A stretch of DNA of 64,000 bases, from contig JAFZPM010000003.1 of assembly GCA_017550335.1 (NCBI GenBank), positions 15,040-79,039 on the forward strand. The letters run 5' to 3'. A model generated the notes under the pieces. The model was not told where the DNA came from. It worked only from the letters and a program-made list of their open reading frames with translations, and ran no database searches. Numbering within the stretch: the first letter of the stretch is position 1; each line of letters opens with the position of its first letter. This DNA comes from Paludibacteraceae bacterium (GTDB taxonomy: Bacteria; Bacteroidota; Bacteroidia; Bacteroidales; Paludibacteraceae). The position numbers and the translations under genes are program-made. Shown here one piece after another: positions 43,848 to 52,158 of the stretch.

Positions 43848-45044
43848 ATGGAACAGCTTCAAAACCAACACTTAAGGATGCTATCGCATTTGCCTACACA
43901 ATATGAGCGTAGTCTGATGAACGAAATCAACTGGGACGCCCGTCTAATTGCCGTTCGTGGCGCACGAGGTGTCGGGAAAACCACGATGCTCCTGCAACAC
44001 ATCAAAAAGGAGTATGGAACAGACCCCCAATCTGCCCTATACGCGAGTTTAGACCATCTCTACTTCACAAGGCACACCCTGCTGGATCTAGCCGAGACGT
44101 ACCACAAGAGAGGAGGACGTTGCCTTTGCCTTGACGAAGTACATAAATATGACGGATGGAGCCGTGAGATTAAAATTATCCACGACGGGTTTCCCGACCT
44201 GCAAATCATTTTCACCGGATCTTCCCTGCTCAACATCCTCAATGCGGAAGCAGACCTATCACGCCGCTGCGTAAGCTACGACATGCAAGGCCTTTCATTC
44301 CGCGAATATCTGCTTTTCAAGGAAAAAGTGTCACTTCCCATCTTCTCGTTAGACGAAATACTTCATCATTCGCTGGAGGCATCGGAAACGGTCGTGAACG
44401 CATGTAAACCAATCAAACACTTCGCTCATTACCTTCGAGAAGGTTATTATCCCTTTTTCATGGAAAAGAACATCGACTACCTCACCCAATTACAGAAGGT
44501 GGTCAACATGATCTTAGAAATAGAACTCCCGCAACTGAGCAACATGGAAATCGCCAACGTCCGCAAAATACGCAGCCTGATCGCCATCGTCAGCAGCGGG
44601 GTGCCTTTCACTGTGGACATCAGCAAAATGGCACAGACGTCCGGGCTCAACAGGAATACCATCATCAACTATCTGGAACACCTCGATAGGGCACGCCTGC
44701 TGAATCGCTTGTACAGCGATGCGCTTAGCCTGAAACGGCTACAAAAACCCGACAAGATCTACATGGAGAACAGCAACCTGCTCCATGCATTATCACTGAC
44801 AGATGTGGAGGTCGGGACTGAAAGGGAAACATTCTTCGTGAACCAACTCTCCTATAAACACCACATCGAATATTCGAAACAGGGCGATTTCCGCATCGAC
44901 AACCAATACACCATCGAAGTGGGCGGGCGGAACAAAGACGGAAAACAAATCGCAGGGGTGGAAAACGCATTCATCGCCGCCGACAACATCGAATACGCCT
45001 TGGGCAATAAAATCCCGCTTTGGCTGTTCGGTTTCCAATACTGA
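43848..45044 (+). CDS. AAA-family ATP-binding protein (second, divergent copy of the Bacteroidales ATPase type)
   Basis: 'VRGARGVGKTTMLLQHI' Walker A and 'CLCLDEVHKY' Walker B. Start at MEQLQNQ (43848), because the track start at 43788 lies upstream of the -7 box. Confidence 0.7.
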   Translation: MEQLQNQHLRMLSHLPTQYERSLMNEINWDARLIAVRGARGVGKTTMLLQHIKKEYGTDPQSALYASLDHLYFTRHTLLDLAETYHKRGGRCLCLDEVHKYDGWSREIKIIHDGFPDLQIIFTGSSLLNILNAEADLSRRCVSYDMQGLSFREYLLFKEKVSLPIFSLDEILHHSLEASETVVNACKPIKHFAHYLREGYYPFFMEKNIDYLTQLQKVVNMILEIELPQLSNMEIANVRKIRSLIAIVSSGVPFTVDISKMAQTSGLNRNTIINYLEHLDRARLLNRLYSDALSLKRLQKPDKIYMENSNLLHALSLTDVEVGTERETFFVNQLSYKHHIEYSKQGDFRIDNQYTIEVGGRNKDGKQIAGVENAFIAADNIEYALGNKIPLWLFGFQY

Positions 45045-45071
45045 GACTCACCAAACCGGGAGCCCCACCTC

Positions 45072-45166
45072 CCACAACGGTTTCATTTATCGTGTCGGAC
45101 ATTTGCAATCATTTGCCATTCAACCACTTACGACCTATCCCATAGATGCGGGAAGCCTGATTGTCT
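45072..45166 (+). repeat. dispersed ~95-bp intergenic element, copy b
   Basis: cccacaacggtttcatttatcgtgtcggacatttgcaatcatttgccattcaaccacttacgacctatcccatagatgcgggaagcctgattgtct aligns along its length with 62147-62245. Confidence 0.65.
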
Positions 45167-45243
45167 ACCACCCCGTCTTCATGAAAAAACGTGCCATCCA
45201 CAGAAAGACGATGCAAAAAAATTTGTCGCGACGAATTTTTTTA

Positions 45244-45251
45244 TATATTTG
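45244..45251 (+). promoter_or_regulatory. candidate -7 promoter box (TATATTTG) upstream of the GH5 gene
   Basis: Matches TAnnTTTG, about 130 nt upstream of ATG 45382. Confidence 0.35.
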
Positions 45252-45381
45252 CACGCTTGGACAGTGAACCATGTTCCCAGACATCGATTTGGCATACTTC
45301 GTTGATGTGTATCCAAAGAAAATGAAAAAGGTTAATGACAAATAATTATCAGAATCAGTAATAATTTTAATTTTTAATCGC

Positions 45382-47331
45382 ATGAAAAAACTTTTTACGT
45401 TAGCAGCAGCGTTATTGGCTTTCGCTTTGCATGGCAATGCGGGGGACTATAGCACTTGGGGCAAATTGAAAGTGGTTGGGAACCAATTGTGCTCCCAATC
45501 AGGAGAACCAGTCCAACTGAGGGGCTGGAGTACGTTCGGTCACTTCGACGGCTTGGAGAAAGCGTTCAATGACGAGGGCGACTTCCAAAGGATGAAGCAG
45601 AACGGCGCCAATTTGGCCCGTCTCGCCATGTACATCAACGAAGGAAAGGGATATCAAGGCAACCAAGACTACAACAAACAATGGATGAAGAGTTGCATCG
45701 ACTGGTGTAAGTCTCAAAACATGTACTGTATCGTAGACTGGCACATGCTGAACCCAGGTAACCCGAATGATTACAGCGGTGCGGAGGATTTCTTCCGTGA
45801 GATCTGTCAATACGTGAAGGATAAAGGTTACGACCACGTCATCTATGAGATCTGTAACGAACCAAACTTTGACGAGAAGGGACTTGACGTCATGAGTTCT
45901 AAGGTTGAGCAGGTTTGGAAAAATGTAAAGACCTATGCGGCAAAAGTGCTCCCTGTCATCAAGCAAGGTGACGGTGATGCAGTCGTACTCGTAGGTACTC
46001 CTCAATGGGACCAAGGTTTGACATGGGCTCTCCAAGATCCGCTTGACAAGTGCGGTTTGGAGAACGTGATGTATTCATTCCATAGCTACGCAGGCGACCA
46101 AAGACGCTATTTGGGTTACATCTCCTCAGCTGCGGCATTCATGCCAATCTTCGTTTCCGAGTGGGGTCTTTCAAGCCACACGGGTGACGGTGGTGACTTC
46201 AACGTTGCAAAGAAGACCGCAGACATGTTGATGGATATCTGCGACGGTAAGAACCTCGGAAACCAAATCATCAGCTGGGCCAACTGGAGCTGGTGCGACA
46301 AGGGTGAGGTGGCTTCTTCCTTCACCAGCTATGACGGCAACCAATGGTCCCAATCCGGAGAATACGTGAAGAATGCCCTGAAGCAAAACAATAATTACAC
46401 CAGTTTAGAGTCCAAACCATACAACGGAGAGGCTCAGGTGTTTGACGGTGTCAACGATTTTGAGCTTGACCTGATGAAATATGACGAGGGAGGATTTGGT
46501 GTCGCATTCTTCGACAACGACGAGGACTGGAAGGACAACAGACCTTGTACTGAATCACCAGCATGTAACATGGGTAACGCTGGACAATTGGATGGCATCC
46601 GCGAAGACGAAACTGTCGATTTGGGTTACACCTATGGCAACGGAGAAGAGCTTGGTGACGGTTACATCAGTCTGGGTTGGATCAGCCAGAGCGAATGGGT
46701 GAAATACACCATGGACATCAAATACGGAGGCATCTACGAATTCGAGATATTCACATCCAACAGACAAAGTATGAGTGATAGTGACTATGAAGGTTTCAAC
46801 AAAGTCGCTTTCGCTTTGGACGGCAAGAACTGCTTGGTAGAGGAAGACGGTACGGAGCACTACAAAGTGGTGGATTTGACCCCATGCCATGGCGGTTCCG
46901 GAGAGAGTACTGCATACCAAGATTGGGATTGGACTGAAGTAAAATCCAGCTACGCTCCAGGCAAGAAGTTCTATTTGAAACTGGAAAAAGGAAGACATGT
47001 GTTCGCTGTGGCCTTCATGGCGACATCCGCAGGTCTGGGAACCATCAAGTTCAAGGGTAAACCGGAGAACGAGGACGTTTCCGTAGAAGACATCAAGGCA
47101 AGCCACAACGTTTCGATTTGGCCAAACCCTGCAGAGAACGGCAACGTGAACATCTCCGTCAACGCCGACGCCGAAGTGGACATCTTCTCTGTGGACGGTG
47201 TCAATGTATATTCCGGCAATGTGGCAGCAGGCACAACCAATGAGTTGAACCTCAACCTCCCTGCCGGCATCTACAGCGTATCCGTCAAGAGCGAACAGGG
47301 CGTGACGACAAACAAACTGATTGTGAAATAA
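45382..47331 (+). CDS. GH5 endoglucanase (cellulase family) with a CBM-like module and a T9SS C-terminal sorting domain
   Basis: Signal peptide. 'VIYEICNEPN' (acid/base Glu) and 'IFVSEWG' (nucleophile Glu) are GH5 hallmarks. 'GWISQSEWVKYTMDIKYGGIYEFEIF' is CBM6/35-like. The C-terminus 'VSIWPNPAENGNVNISV...GIYSVSVKSEQGVTTNKLIVK' is a type A Por CTD. Confidence 0.9.
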   Translation: MKKLFTLAAALLAFALHGNAGDYSTWGKLKVVGNQLCSQSGEPVQLRGWSTFGHFDGLEKAFNDEGDFQRMKQNGANLARLAMYINEGKGYQGNQDYNKQWMKSCIDWCKSQNMYCIVDWHMLNPGNPNDYSGAEDFFREICQYVKDKGYDHVIYEICNEPNFDEKGLDVMSSKVEQVWKNVKTYAAKVLPVIKQGDGDAVVLVGTPQWDQGLTWALQDPLDKCGLENVMYSFHSYAGDQRRYLGYISSAAAFMPIFVSEWGLSSHTGDGGDFNVAKKTADMLMDICDGKNLGNQIISWANWSWCDKGEVASSFTSYDGNQWSQSGEYVKNALKQNNNYTSLESKPYNGEAQVFDGVNDFELDLMKYDEGGFGVAFFDNDEDWKDNRPCTESPACNMGNAGQLDGIREDETVDLGYTYGNGEELGDGYISLGWISQSEWVKYTMDIKYGGIYEFEIFTSNRQSMSDSDYEGFNKVAFALDGKNCLVEEDGTEHYKVVDLTPCHGGSGESTAYQDWDWTEVKSSYAPGKKFYLKLEKGRHVFAVAFMATSAGLGTIKFKGKPENEDVSVEDIKASHNVSIWPNPAENGNVNISVNADAEVDIFSVDGVNVYSGNVAAGTTNELNLNLPAGIYSVSVKSEQGVTTNKLIVK

Positions 47332-47353
47332 CAAACGTTTTTCCACAATATGG

Positions 47354-47387
47354 AAGGGTCGGGTTCAATATGAATCCGACCCTTTTT
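47354..47387 (+). terminator. rho-independent terminator after the GH5 gene
   Basis: AAGGGTCGG (47354-47362) pairs with CCGACCCTT (47376-47384), followed by ttt. Confidence 0.8.
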
Positions 47388-47431
47388 CGTGGGAATGCGT
47401 CAGACGACGAATCGGACAAGCCCCCTTCCTC

Positions 47432-47515
47432 CTCGTCGGTTTTACCGCATTAGAGATAATGTTATTTACTATTTAACCATTTACGATTCACTATTCTCCG
47501 TGAGGAATTGTAGTC
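47432..47515 (+). repeat. dispersed intergenic element, copy c
   Basis: cggttttaccgcattagagataatgttatttactatttaaccatttacgattcactattctccgtgaggaattgtagtctgc. It shares both flanks and the TTTAC-type internal heptamers with copies at 45072 and 62147. Confidence 0.6.
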
Positions 47516-47574
47516 TGCTACCTCATTTAAACGAAAGAGCCGTGATTCATGTGTGAAAAATGTGAAATATTTCT

Positions 47575-47582
47575 TATATTTG
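47575..47582 (+). promoter_or_regulatory. candidate -7 promoter box (TATATTTG)
   Basis: Matches TAnnTTTG, about 100 nt upstream of ATG 47683. Confidence 0.35.
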
Positions 47583-47682
47583 CGAATTCGTCTATCATGG
47601 CAATAACATAGAGGATAGGATATCGTGAGGAGACATACGGGAACAATATGATGATTTCAAATAATAATTAAAACATAAAAGC

Positions 47683-49110
47683 ATGAGAAAATTATTTTTA
47701 CTTTCTTGTACGCTGCTCGCCTCGGTGGCGAGTGTGTTCGCGGAATATGATTCCGACAAATACTGGCTGGTCAAAGACGGAAAGATGGTGACGGAGAATG
47801 TGACCACCTCCCCTTACACAGGGAGAAAGGTGGAGAGAGGAATCGTTATACCTAGTCAGATGAAGGACACCGTCGTGGACGGAGAGGATAGGGTTGTTTA
47901 CAGACAACTCTCTTCCGACTACTTGGATGTGAAGTTGAAGATCGATTCCCTGAATCCGATCGACCTAAGCAAATACTATGTGATGGTCTTGGAGTACATG
48001 ATCCCGGAAGAGCACAAGGATTTCGCATTTATGAGTGGGGACAACGATAGGAACAAGCCTATGTTCATCATCGGCATGCAGGATTCCATGAGTGCGATAG
48101 AAAAAGAGCCAGACCCGAATAAGTGTCCTCTCTATGTTACCATAGACGCAAAGTTCGGCAAGGCGAATAAGTGGGTAGAGGTAAAGAAATACCTATACGC
48201 CAACCCAAGCATCAAGACAATTGGCGGTATGGTCTTCTCGTATGCCCGCGAGAAAGCGGATACTGTTAATTTCCCATACATCAGAAACTTTTACATAGAG
48301 TCGATGGAGGAGGGCAAGCCTTTCTATGCGGAGAACTTCGACTGTCCTATCAACAACCCTCTATACATTGAAAAGACATACCCGACGGTCGCTAAGGTGA
48401 CATACACTGGCGGCATCGTGCCGGTATTGTCGGAAACAGAGACGGTTCCTTACGTAAAGGAAAACGAGCTCGTATGGTTCAGGGACTACATGCCGGATTC
48501 AGTCAGGGGAACAGATGGTTCCGGATACATGGACGATGAGATCCTCCACGGATTGCAGGTAGAGGCACAGAGGGATTCCATCGTATTCCCTGGAATCCAA
48601 CTTCCAGAAGGCACCAAGCAGTTCAAGTCTGAGATGATCGTGAAGAAACATAAGAATGACAAAACTGAATCAAGGTGGGACGATGCCGACCCAGCCACTG
48701 TCGTGAACGTGATGGATGTTCCGATCAAGGTACGCTTCAACACGGGTGAGATCGTCGATTTGGACAACAATAAGCTACAGATGATCTGGACAAAGAACGA
48801 GAACATCGTCAACGTACCTGCAGGAGCCACCTCCATGGACTTGATCATCAGTTCACTGCCAGTAGGTTATCTGGTGGATAACATCATGTTCACCGCCCTG
48901 AACAGCGACGGTGTCAACGACGTTACAGCCGACGCCTTCGAGATCAACGCATACATCGACGCCAACGGCAACGTGGTTGTGTTGAACGGAGAACTGCTCG
49001 CGACATACAACATGAACGGTCAGGTGGCCTCCATCAACGACAAGGCTATCGTGATCATCGTGAAGGGCGAGAACGGCGCGATCGCCGCTAAGACATTGAT
49101 CAGAAAATAA
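47683..49110 (+). CDS. hypothetical secreted protein with a probable T9SS C-terminal sorting domain
   Basis: Signal peptide MRKLFLLSCTLLASVASVFA. The C-terminus 'VVVLNGELLATYNMNGQVASINDKAIVIIVKGENGAIAAKTLIRK' is CTD-like. No catalytic family recognised. Confidence 0.6.
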   Translation: MRKLFLLSCTLLASVASVFAEYDSDKYWLVKDGKMVTENVTTSPYTGRKVERGIVIPSQMKDTVVDGEDRVVYRQLSSDYLDVKLKIDSLNPIDLSKYYVMVLEYMIPEEHKDFAFMSGDNDRNKPMFIIGMQDSMSAIEKEPDPNKCPLYVTIDAKFGKANKWVEVKKYLYANPSIKTIGGMVFSYAREKADTVNFPYIRNFYIESMEEGKPFYAENFDCPINNPLYIEKTYPTVAKVTYTGGIVPVLSETETVPYVKENELVWFRDYMPDSVRGTDGSGYMDDEILHGLQVEAQRDSIVFPGIQLPEGTKQFKSEMIVKKHKNDKTESRWDDADPATVVNVMDVPIKVRFNTGEIVDLDNNKLQMIWTKNENIVNVPAGATSMDLIISSLPVGYLVDNIMFTALNSDGVNDVTADAFEINAYIDANGNVVVLNGELLATYNMNGQVASINDKAIVIIVKGENGAIAAKTLIRK

Positions 49111-49151
49111 CACCGCATAAGCTCTATCAGCGACATGCGCAAACCGTATAC

Positions 49152-49187
49152 GGACGGGCGGGGAATCATCCTCGCCCGTCCTTTTTT
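49152..49187 (+). terminator. rho-independent terminator
   Basis: GGACGGGCG (49152-49160) pairs with CGCCCGTCC (49173-49181), followed by tttttt. Confidence 0.85.
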
Positions 49188-49254
49188 ACACCCGACATCC
49201 CGTAAGATTTAGGATGAAATATCTCCCGGGATTTGCCATTCAGATAAAAAAATA

Positions 49255-49262
49255 TAACTTTG
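49255..49262 (+). promoter_or_regulatory. candidate -7 promoter box (TAACTTTG) for rubrerythrin
   Basis: Matches TAnnTTTG, 29 nt upstream of ATG 49291. Confidence 0.45.
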
Positions 49263-49290
49263 TTGATTATGTACAAAAAACGATAGTAAC

Positions 49291-49830
49291 ATGGCAAACA
49301 AGTATGCAGGCACACAGACAGAGAAGAATCTAGAGGCGGCGTTCGCGGGCGAGAGCCAAGCGCGCAACAAATACACCTACTTCGCATCGAAAGCGAAGAA
49401 AGAGGGGTTTGAGCAAATCGCCGCCATATTCCAACAAACAGCGGACAACGAGAAGGAGCACGCGAAGCTTTGGTTCAAGGAGCTGAACGGCATCGGCACA
49501 ACCGCAGAGAACCTGGCGGAAGCCGCCAACGGAGAGAACTACGAATGGACAGAGATGTACGAAGGATTCGCCCAAACGGCGGAGAAGGAAGGCTTCAAGG
49601 AACTCGCAGCGAAATTCCGGCTTGTGGCCGCCATCGAGAAAAGGCACGAGGAGCGTTACCGCGCTTTGCTGAGGAACATCGAGACCGCGCAAGTCTTCGA
49701 GAAGAGCGAGGTGAAGGTGTGGGAATGCAGGAACTGCGGTCACATCGTGGTGGGCACGAAAGCGCCGGATATATGCCCTACCTGCGCACATCCACAAGCC
49801 TACTTCGAAGTGCACGTGGATAACTTCTAA
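49291..49830 (+). CDS. rbr: rubrerythrin
   Basis: '[26 protein letters not shown]', a second ferritin-like 'ENYEWTEMY' half, and a C-terminal rubredoxin-like '[14 protein letters not shown]'. Confidence 0.9.
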   Translation: MANKYAGTQTEKNLEAAFAGESQARNKYTYFASKAKKEGFEQIAAIFQQTADNEKEHAKLWFKELNGIGTTAENLAEAANGENYEWTEMYEGFAQTAEKEGFKELAAKFRLVAAIEKRHEERYRALLRNIETAQVFEKSEVKVWECRNCGHIVVGTKAPDICPTCAHPQAYFEVHVDNF

Positions 49831-49870
49831 ACAGGAACAAAACAATAGTAATAACCATAAAAACAGAAAA

Positions 49871-50032
49871 GATGAAAAAATACGTATGTGAAGTATGCGG
49901 TTGGGAATACGACCCGGAAGTGGGATGCCCTGAGGCAGGTATCAAACCAGGAACTCCATGGGAGGAAGTACCGGAGGATTTCGAGTGCCCTTTGTGCTCC
50001 GTAGGGAAAGACCAATTCACGGAGGCGGAGTA
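49871..50032 (+). CDS. rubredoxin (53 aa; below the ORF-track size cutoff)
   Basis: Hand translation: MKKYVCEVCGWEYDPEVGCPEAGIKPGTPWEEVPEDFECPLCSVGKDQFTEAE. It contains the two CxxCG / CPxC knuckles and the conserved 'GTPWE..P.DF.CP.C'. Confidence 0.85.
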
Positions 50033-50049
50033 ACCGACGGAAGAATAGA

Positions 50050-50092
50050 GAGAGGGGAGCCACTGCGGACAGTGACTCCCCTCTTCCTTTTT
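50050..50092 (+). terminator. rho-independent terminator after rubredoxin (in the convergent gap with mosaic-family gene 3)
   Basis: AGAGGGGAGCCACTG (50050-50064) pairs with CAGTGACTCCCCTCT (50069-50083) with one mismatch, followed by tcctttttt. Confidence 0.8.
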
Positions 50093-50133
50093 TAGCCCCC
50101 AGCGACCCCGGGAGGACTACCGGACGGCACATG

Positions 50134-50898
50134 TCATTTACCCTCCAGCCTGCTTCTCAACGAAGCGTTCTCCTCCTTCAACGAGTTGATCTCCTTCTTC
50201 ATGTCGATCAAATGCAGGGTGAGCTCCTCCACCTTCTCAAGGAGCAGGTTACTCATTTGGGAGACGCTCATGCCCTTCTCGGACAACTCGGCGGCGGAAG
50301 GCATGCCCGGCAAATGCTTGTTCTCCTTCACGAAGCACTCCACCTCGCTGAGCGAACGCAGATCGTAGTTCTCGTCGAAGACATAGTCGGCGGCGTTGTT
50401 CATGTCCACAGTGATCTCTCCCGCACGGATACTCTTCGAATCCACCTCGACAACCTTCATCCGATCCTTACAAGTCAACGTGCCGTTGACGACCACATCA
50501 TTATGGAAAGTGGCCCGTTTGAAAGAGAATCCCACAGGGAACATTGTATTCCCTCGGCCCGAGTTCCTGATCGCCACCGAGTCACCGTTTACCCAATACA
50601 TGGCATATGACGACGAGTACATGTTATCCACACCATCGCTAGGAAGAGAGAATCCGGAAGCGGAAATAAGACCCTCGCTGTTCACTTGGAAGACCATTTT
50701 GGAAGAAGAGGTCCGCGTCGAGTCGTAACAAGCTATAAAATGGCTACACTTAACACCCGTCGGAGTAGAGAGGTTCATATCCAACCTATGGAGAGAGGTC
50801 TTATAATCACTGCCCTCCACCACCTGCGTTTGCGCAACAGCAACATTCACAAACATGACACCCGCCAAGATTGTCCAAATAACTTTCTTTAGATTCAT
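50134..50898 (-). CDS. secreted mosaic-family protein 3
   Basis: Signal peptide MNLKKVIWTILAGVMFVNVAVAQT. C-terminal 'VVVNGTLTCKDRMKVVEV..NNAADYVFDENYDLRSLSEVECFVKENKHLPGMPSAAELSEKGMSVSQMSNLLLEKVEELTLHLIDMKKEINSLKEENASLRSRLE'. Confidence 0.7.
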   Translation of the reverse strand: MNLKKVIWTILAGVMFVNVAVAQTQVVEGSDYKTSLHRLDMNLSTPTGVKCSHFIACYDSTRTSSSKMVFQVNSEGLISASGFSLPSDGVDNMYSSSYAMYWVNGDSVAIRNSGRGNTMFPVGFSFKRATFHNDVVVNGTLTCKDRMKVVEVDSKSIRAGEITVDMNNAADYVFDENYDLRSLSEVECFVKENKHLPGMPSAAELSEKGMSVSQMSNLLLEKVEELTLHLIDMKKEINSLKEENASLRSRLEGK

Positions 50899-51003
50899 TG
50901 TATTAATAATATATCGATAATAATTCAGGTTTATGCCTTCTGGCTATGCCCCTCCGAAAGAATGACGCACCAAGCCACCCGGGGCCACAACGCTTTGCAA
51001 ACG

Positions 51004-51011
51004 CAAATATA
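51004..51011 (-). promoter_or_regulatory. candidate -7 promoter box (TATATTTG) for mosaic-family gene 3
   Basis: The reverse complement of caaatata matches TAnnTTTG, about 105 nt upstream of the start at 50898. Confidence 0.4.
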
Positions 51012-51196
51012 CACTTTTTTGAACGAAATACAGATTACGCACATCAATTAAGATGGAGACGTGCCACCCAAAGGAGTCGCATGGGCAAACTCCAGCCGCC
51101 CCGCCATTCAAAAAAAGAGTGGCGCCCCTTCGAAAGAGGCTCCACTCCGACATTCCACCGGCATCCCCACCAAAGGGACACCGGACACATACACTA

Positions 51197-52018
51197 TCAT
51201 TTACACTCAAGTTTACTTCTCAAAGAAGCGTTCTCCTCCTTCAGTGAGTTGATCTCCTTCTTCATGTCGATCAAATGGAGGGTAAGTTCCTCCACCTTCT
51301 CGAGGAGCAGGTTGCTCATTTGGGACATGCTCATGCCGTTCTCAGCCATCTCAGCCGCGGAAGGCACGCCAGGGAGGTGCTTGTTCTCCTTCACGAAACT
51401 CTCCACCTCGTTGAGTGAACGCAGGTTGTAGTTCTCGTCGAAGACATAGTCGGCGGCGTTGTTCATCTCGACGTTGATGTCCTTCGTCTTGATCTGGTCT
51501 GCCTTCACCTCAGCCACCTCCAGCTCGTCCTTACAAGAAAGCTTACCATTGACAACCACCTCACAATTGAAGGTAGCCTTGCTGAGTTCAAATATGGCAG
51601 GGTACCTTCTCTGTTTTATGAGGTCAGAAATAGGAGGATTGCCCGTTCCAATACGTTGATTCGAAGCCGTAAAAACCAGATTGGAATTAGAATCCCAATT
51701 GATAGAGAAGCATGGCGTACTCCTTGCATCATCCAAAGAGGTCTTTTTAATGAAGAGGCTCGTACCCGCCATGCGACCAAAGGAATTGATTTCGAACACC
51801 AAATTATTGGTTGACAGGTTCGGGTTATAGCAACTCAAGAAAGTTGTAGGAGGAAGAAATTTAGGGCCTAATTCCCCATCAAGAGGGAGTGTCAACTCCA
51901 AGCCATGTAATTTTGTCAAGAAATCCTTCTCCTTAACCACAGTCTGCGCCTTTACATTAGCCGCGCATACACACATCGCAACACCCACTGTTGCCAAGAT
52001 TGTTTTTCTTATACCCAT
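51197..52018 (-). CDS. secreted mosaic-family protein 4
   Basis: The internal Met at 52018 gives MGIRKTILATVGVAMCVCAANVKAQT. The C-terminal module is 'VVVNGKLSCKDELEVAEVK..NNAADYVFDENYNLRSLNEVESFVKENKHLPGVPSAAEMAENGMSMSQMSNLLLEKVEELTLHLIDMKKEINSLKEENASLRSKLE'. Confidence 0.7.
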   Translation of the reverse strand: MGIRKTILATVGVAMCVCAANVKAQTVVKEKDFLTKLHGLELTLPLDGELGPKFLPPTTFLSCYNPNLSTNNLVFEINSFGRMAGTSLFIKKTSLDDARSTPCFSINWDSNSNLVFTASNQRIGTGNPPISDLIKQRRYPAIFELSKATFNCEVVVNGKLSCKDELEVAEVKADQIKTKDINVEMNNAADYVFDENYNLRSLNEVESFVKENKHLPGVPSAAEMAENGMSMSQMSNLLLEKVEELTLHLIDMKKEINSLKEENASLRSKLECK

Positions 52019-52158
52019 ATATTTAAGAATCAGGTTATTAAAATACATTCATACATATGTGCCACGTCGGAAGAGATCCATCGGACGGGCGTTTTTTTCA
52101 GTTTTGTGAAGAGTGGGGCCACATTCCTCACGTGGCTCCACTCTTTTTCACAACAGTA

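Noticed and set aside
45165-45437. 90-aa minus-strand ORF overlapping the GH5 start.
   Set aside because: It overlaps the GH5 signal-peptide region and its promoter, is AT-rich and lysine/phenylalanine-rich, and has no recognisable features.
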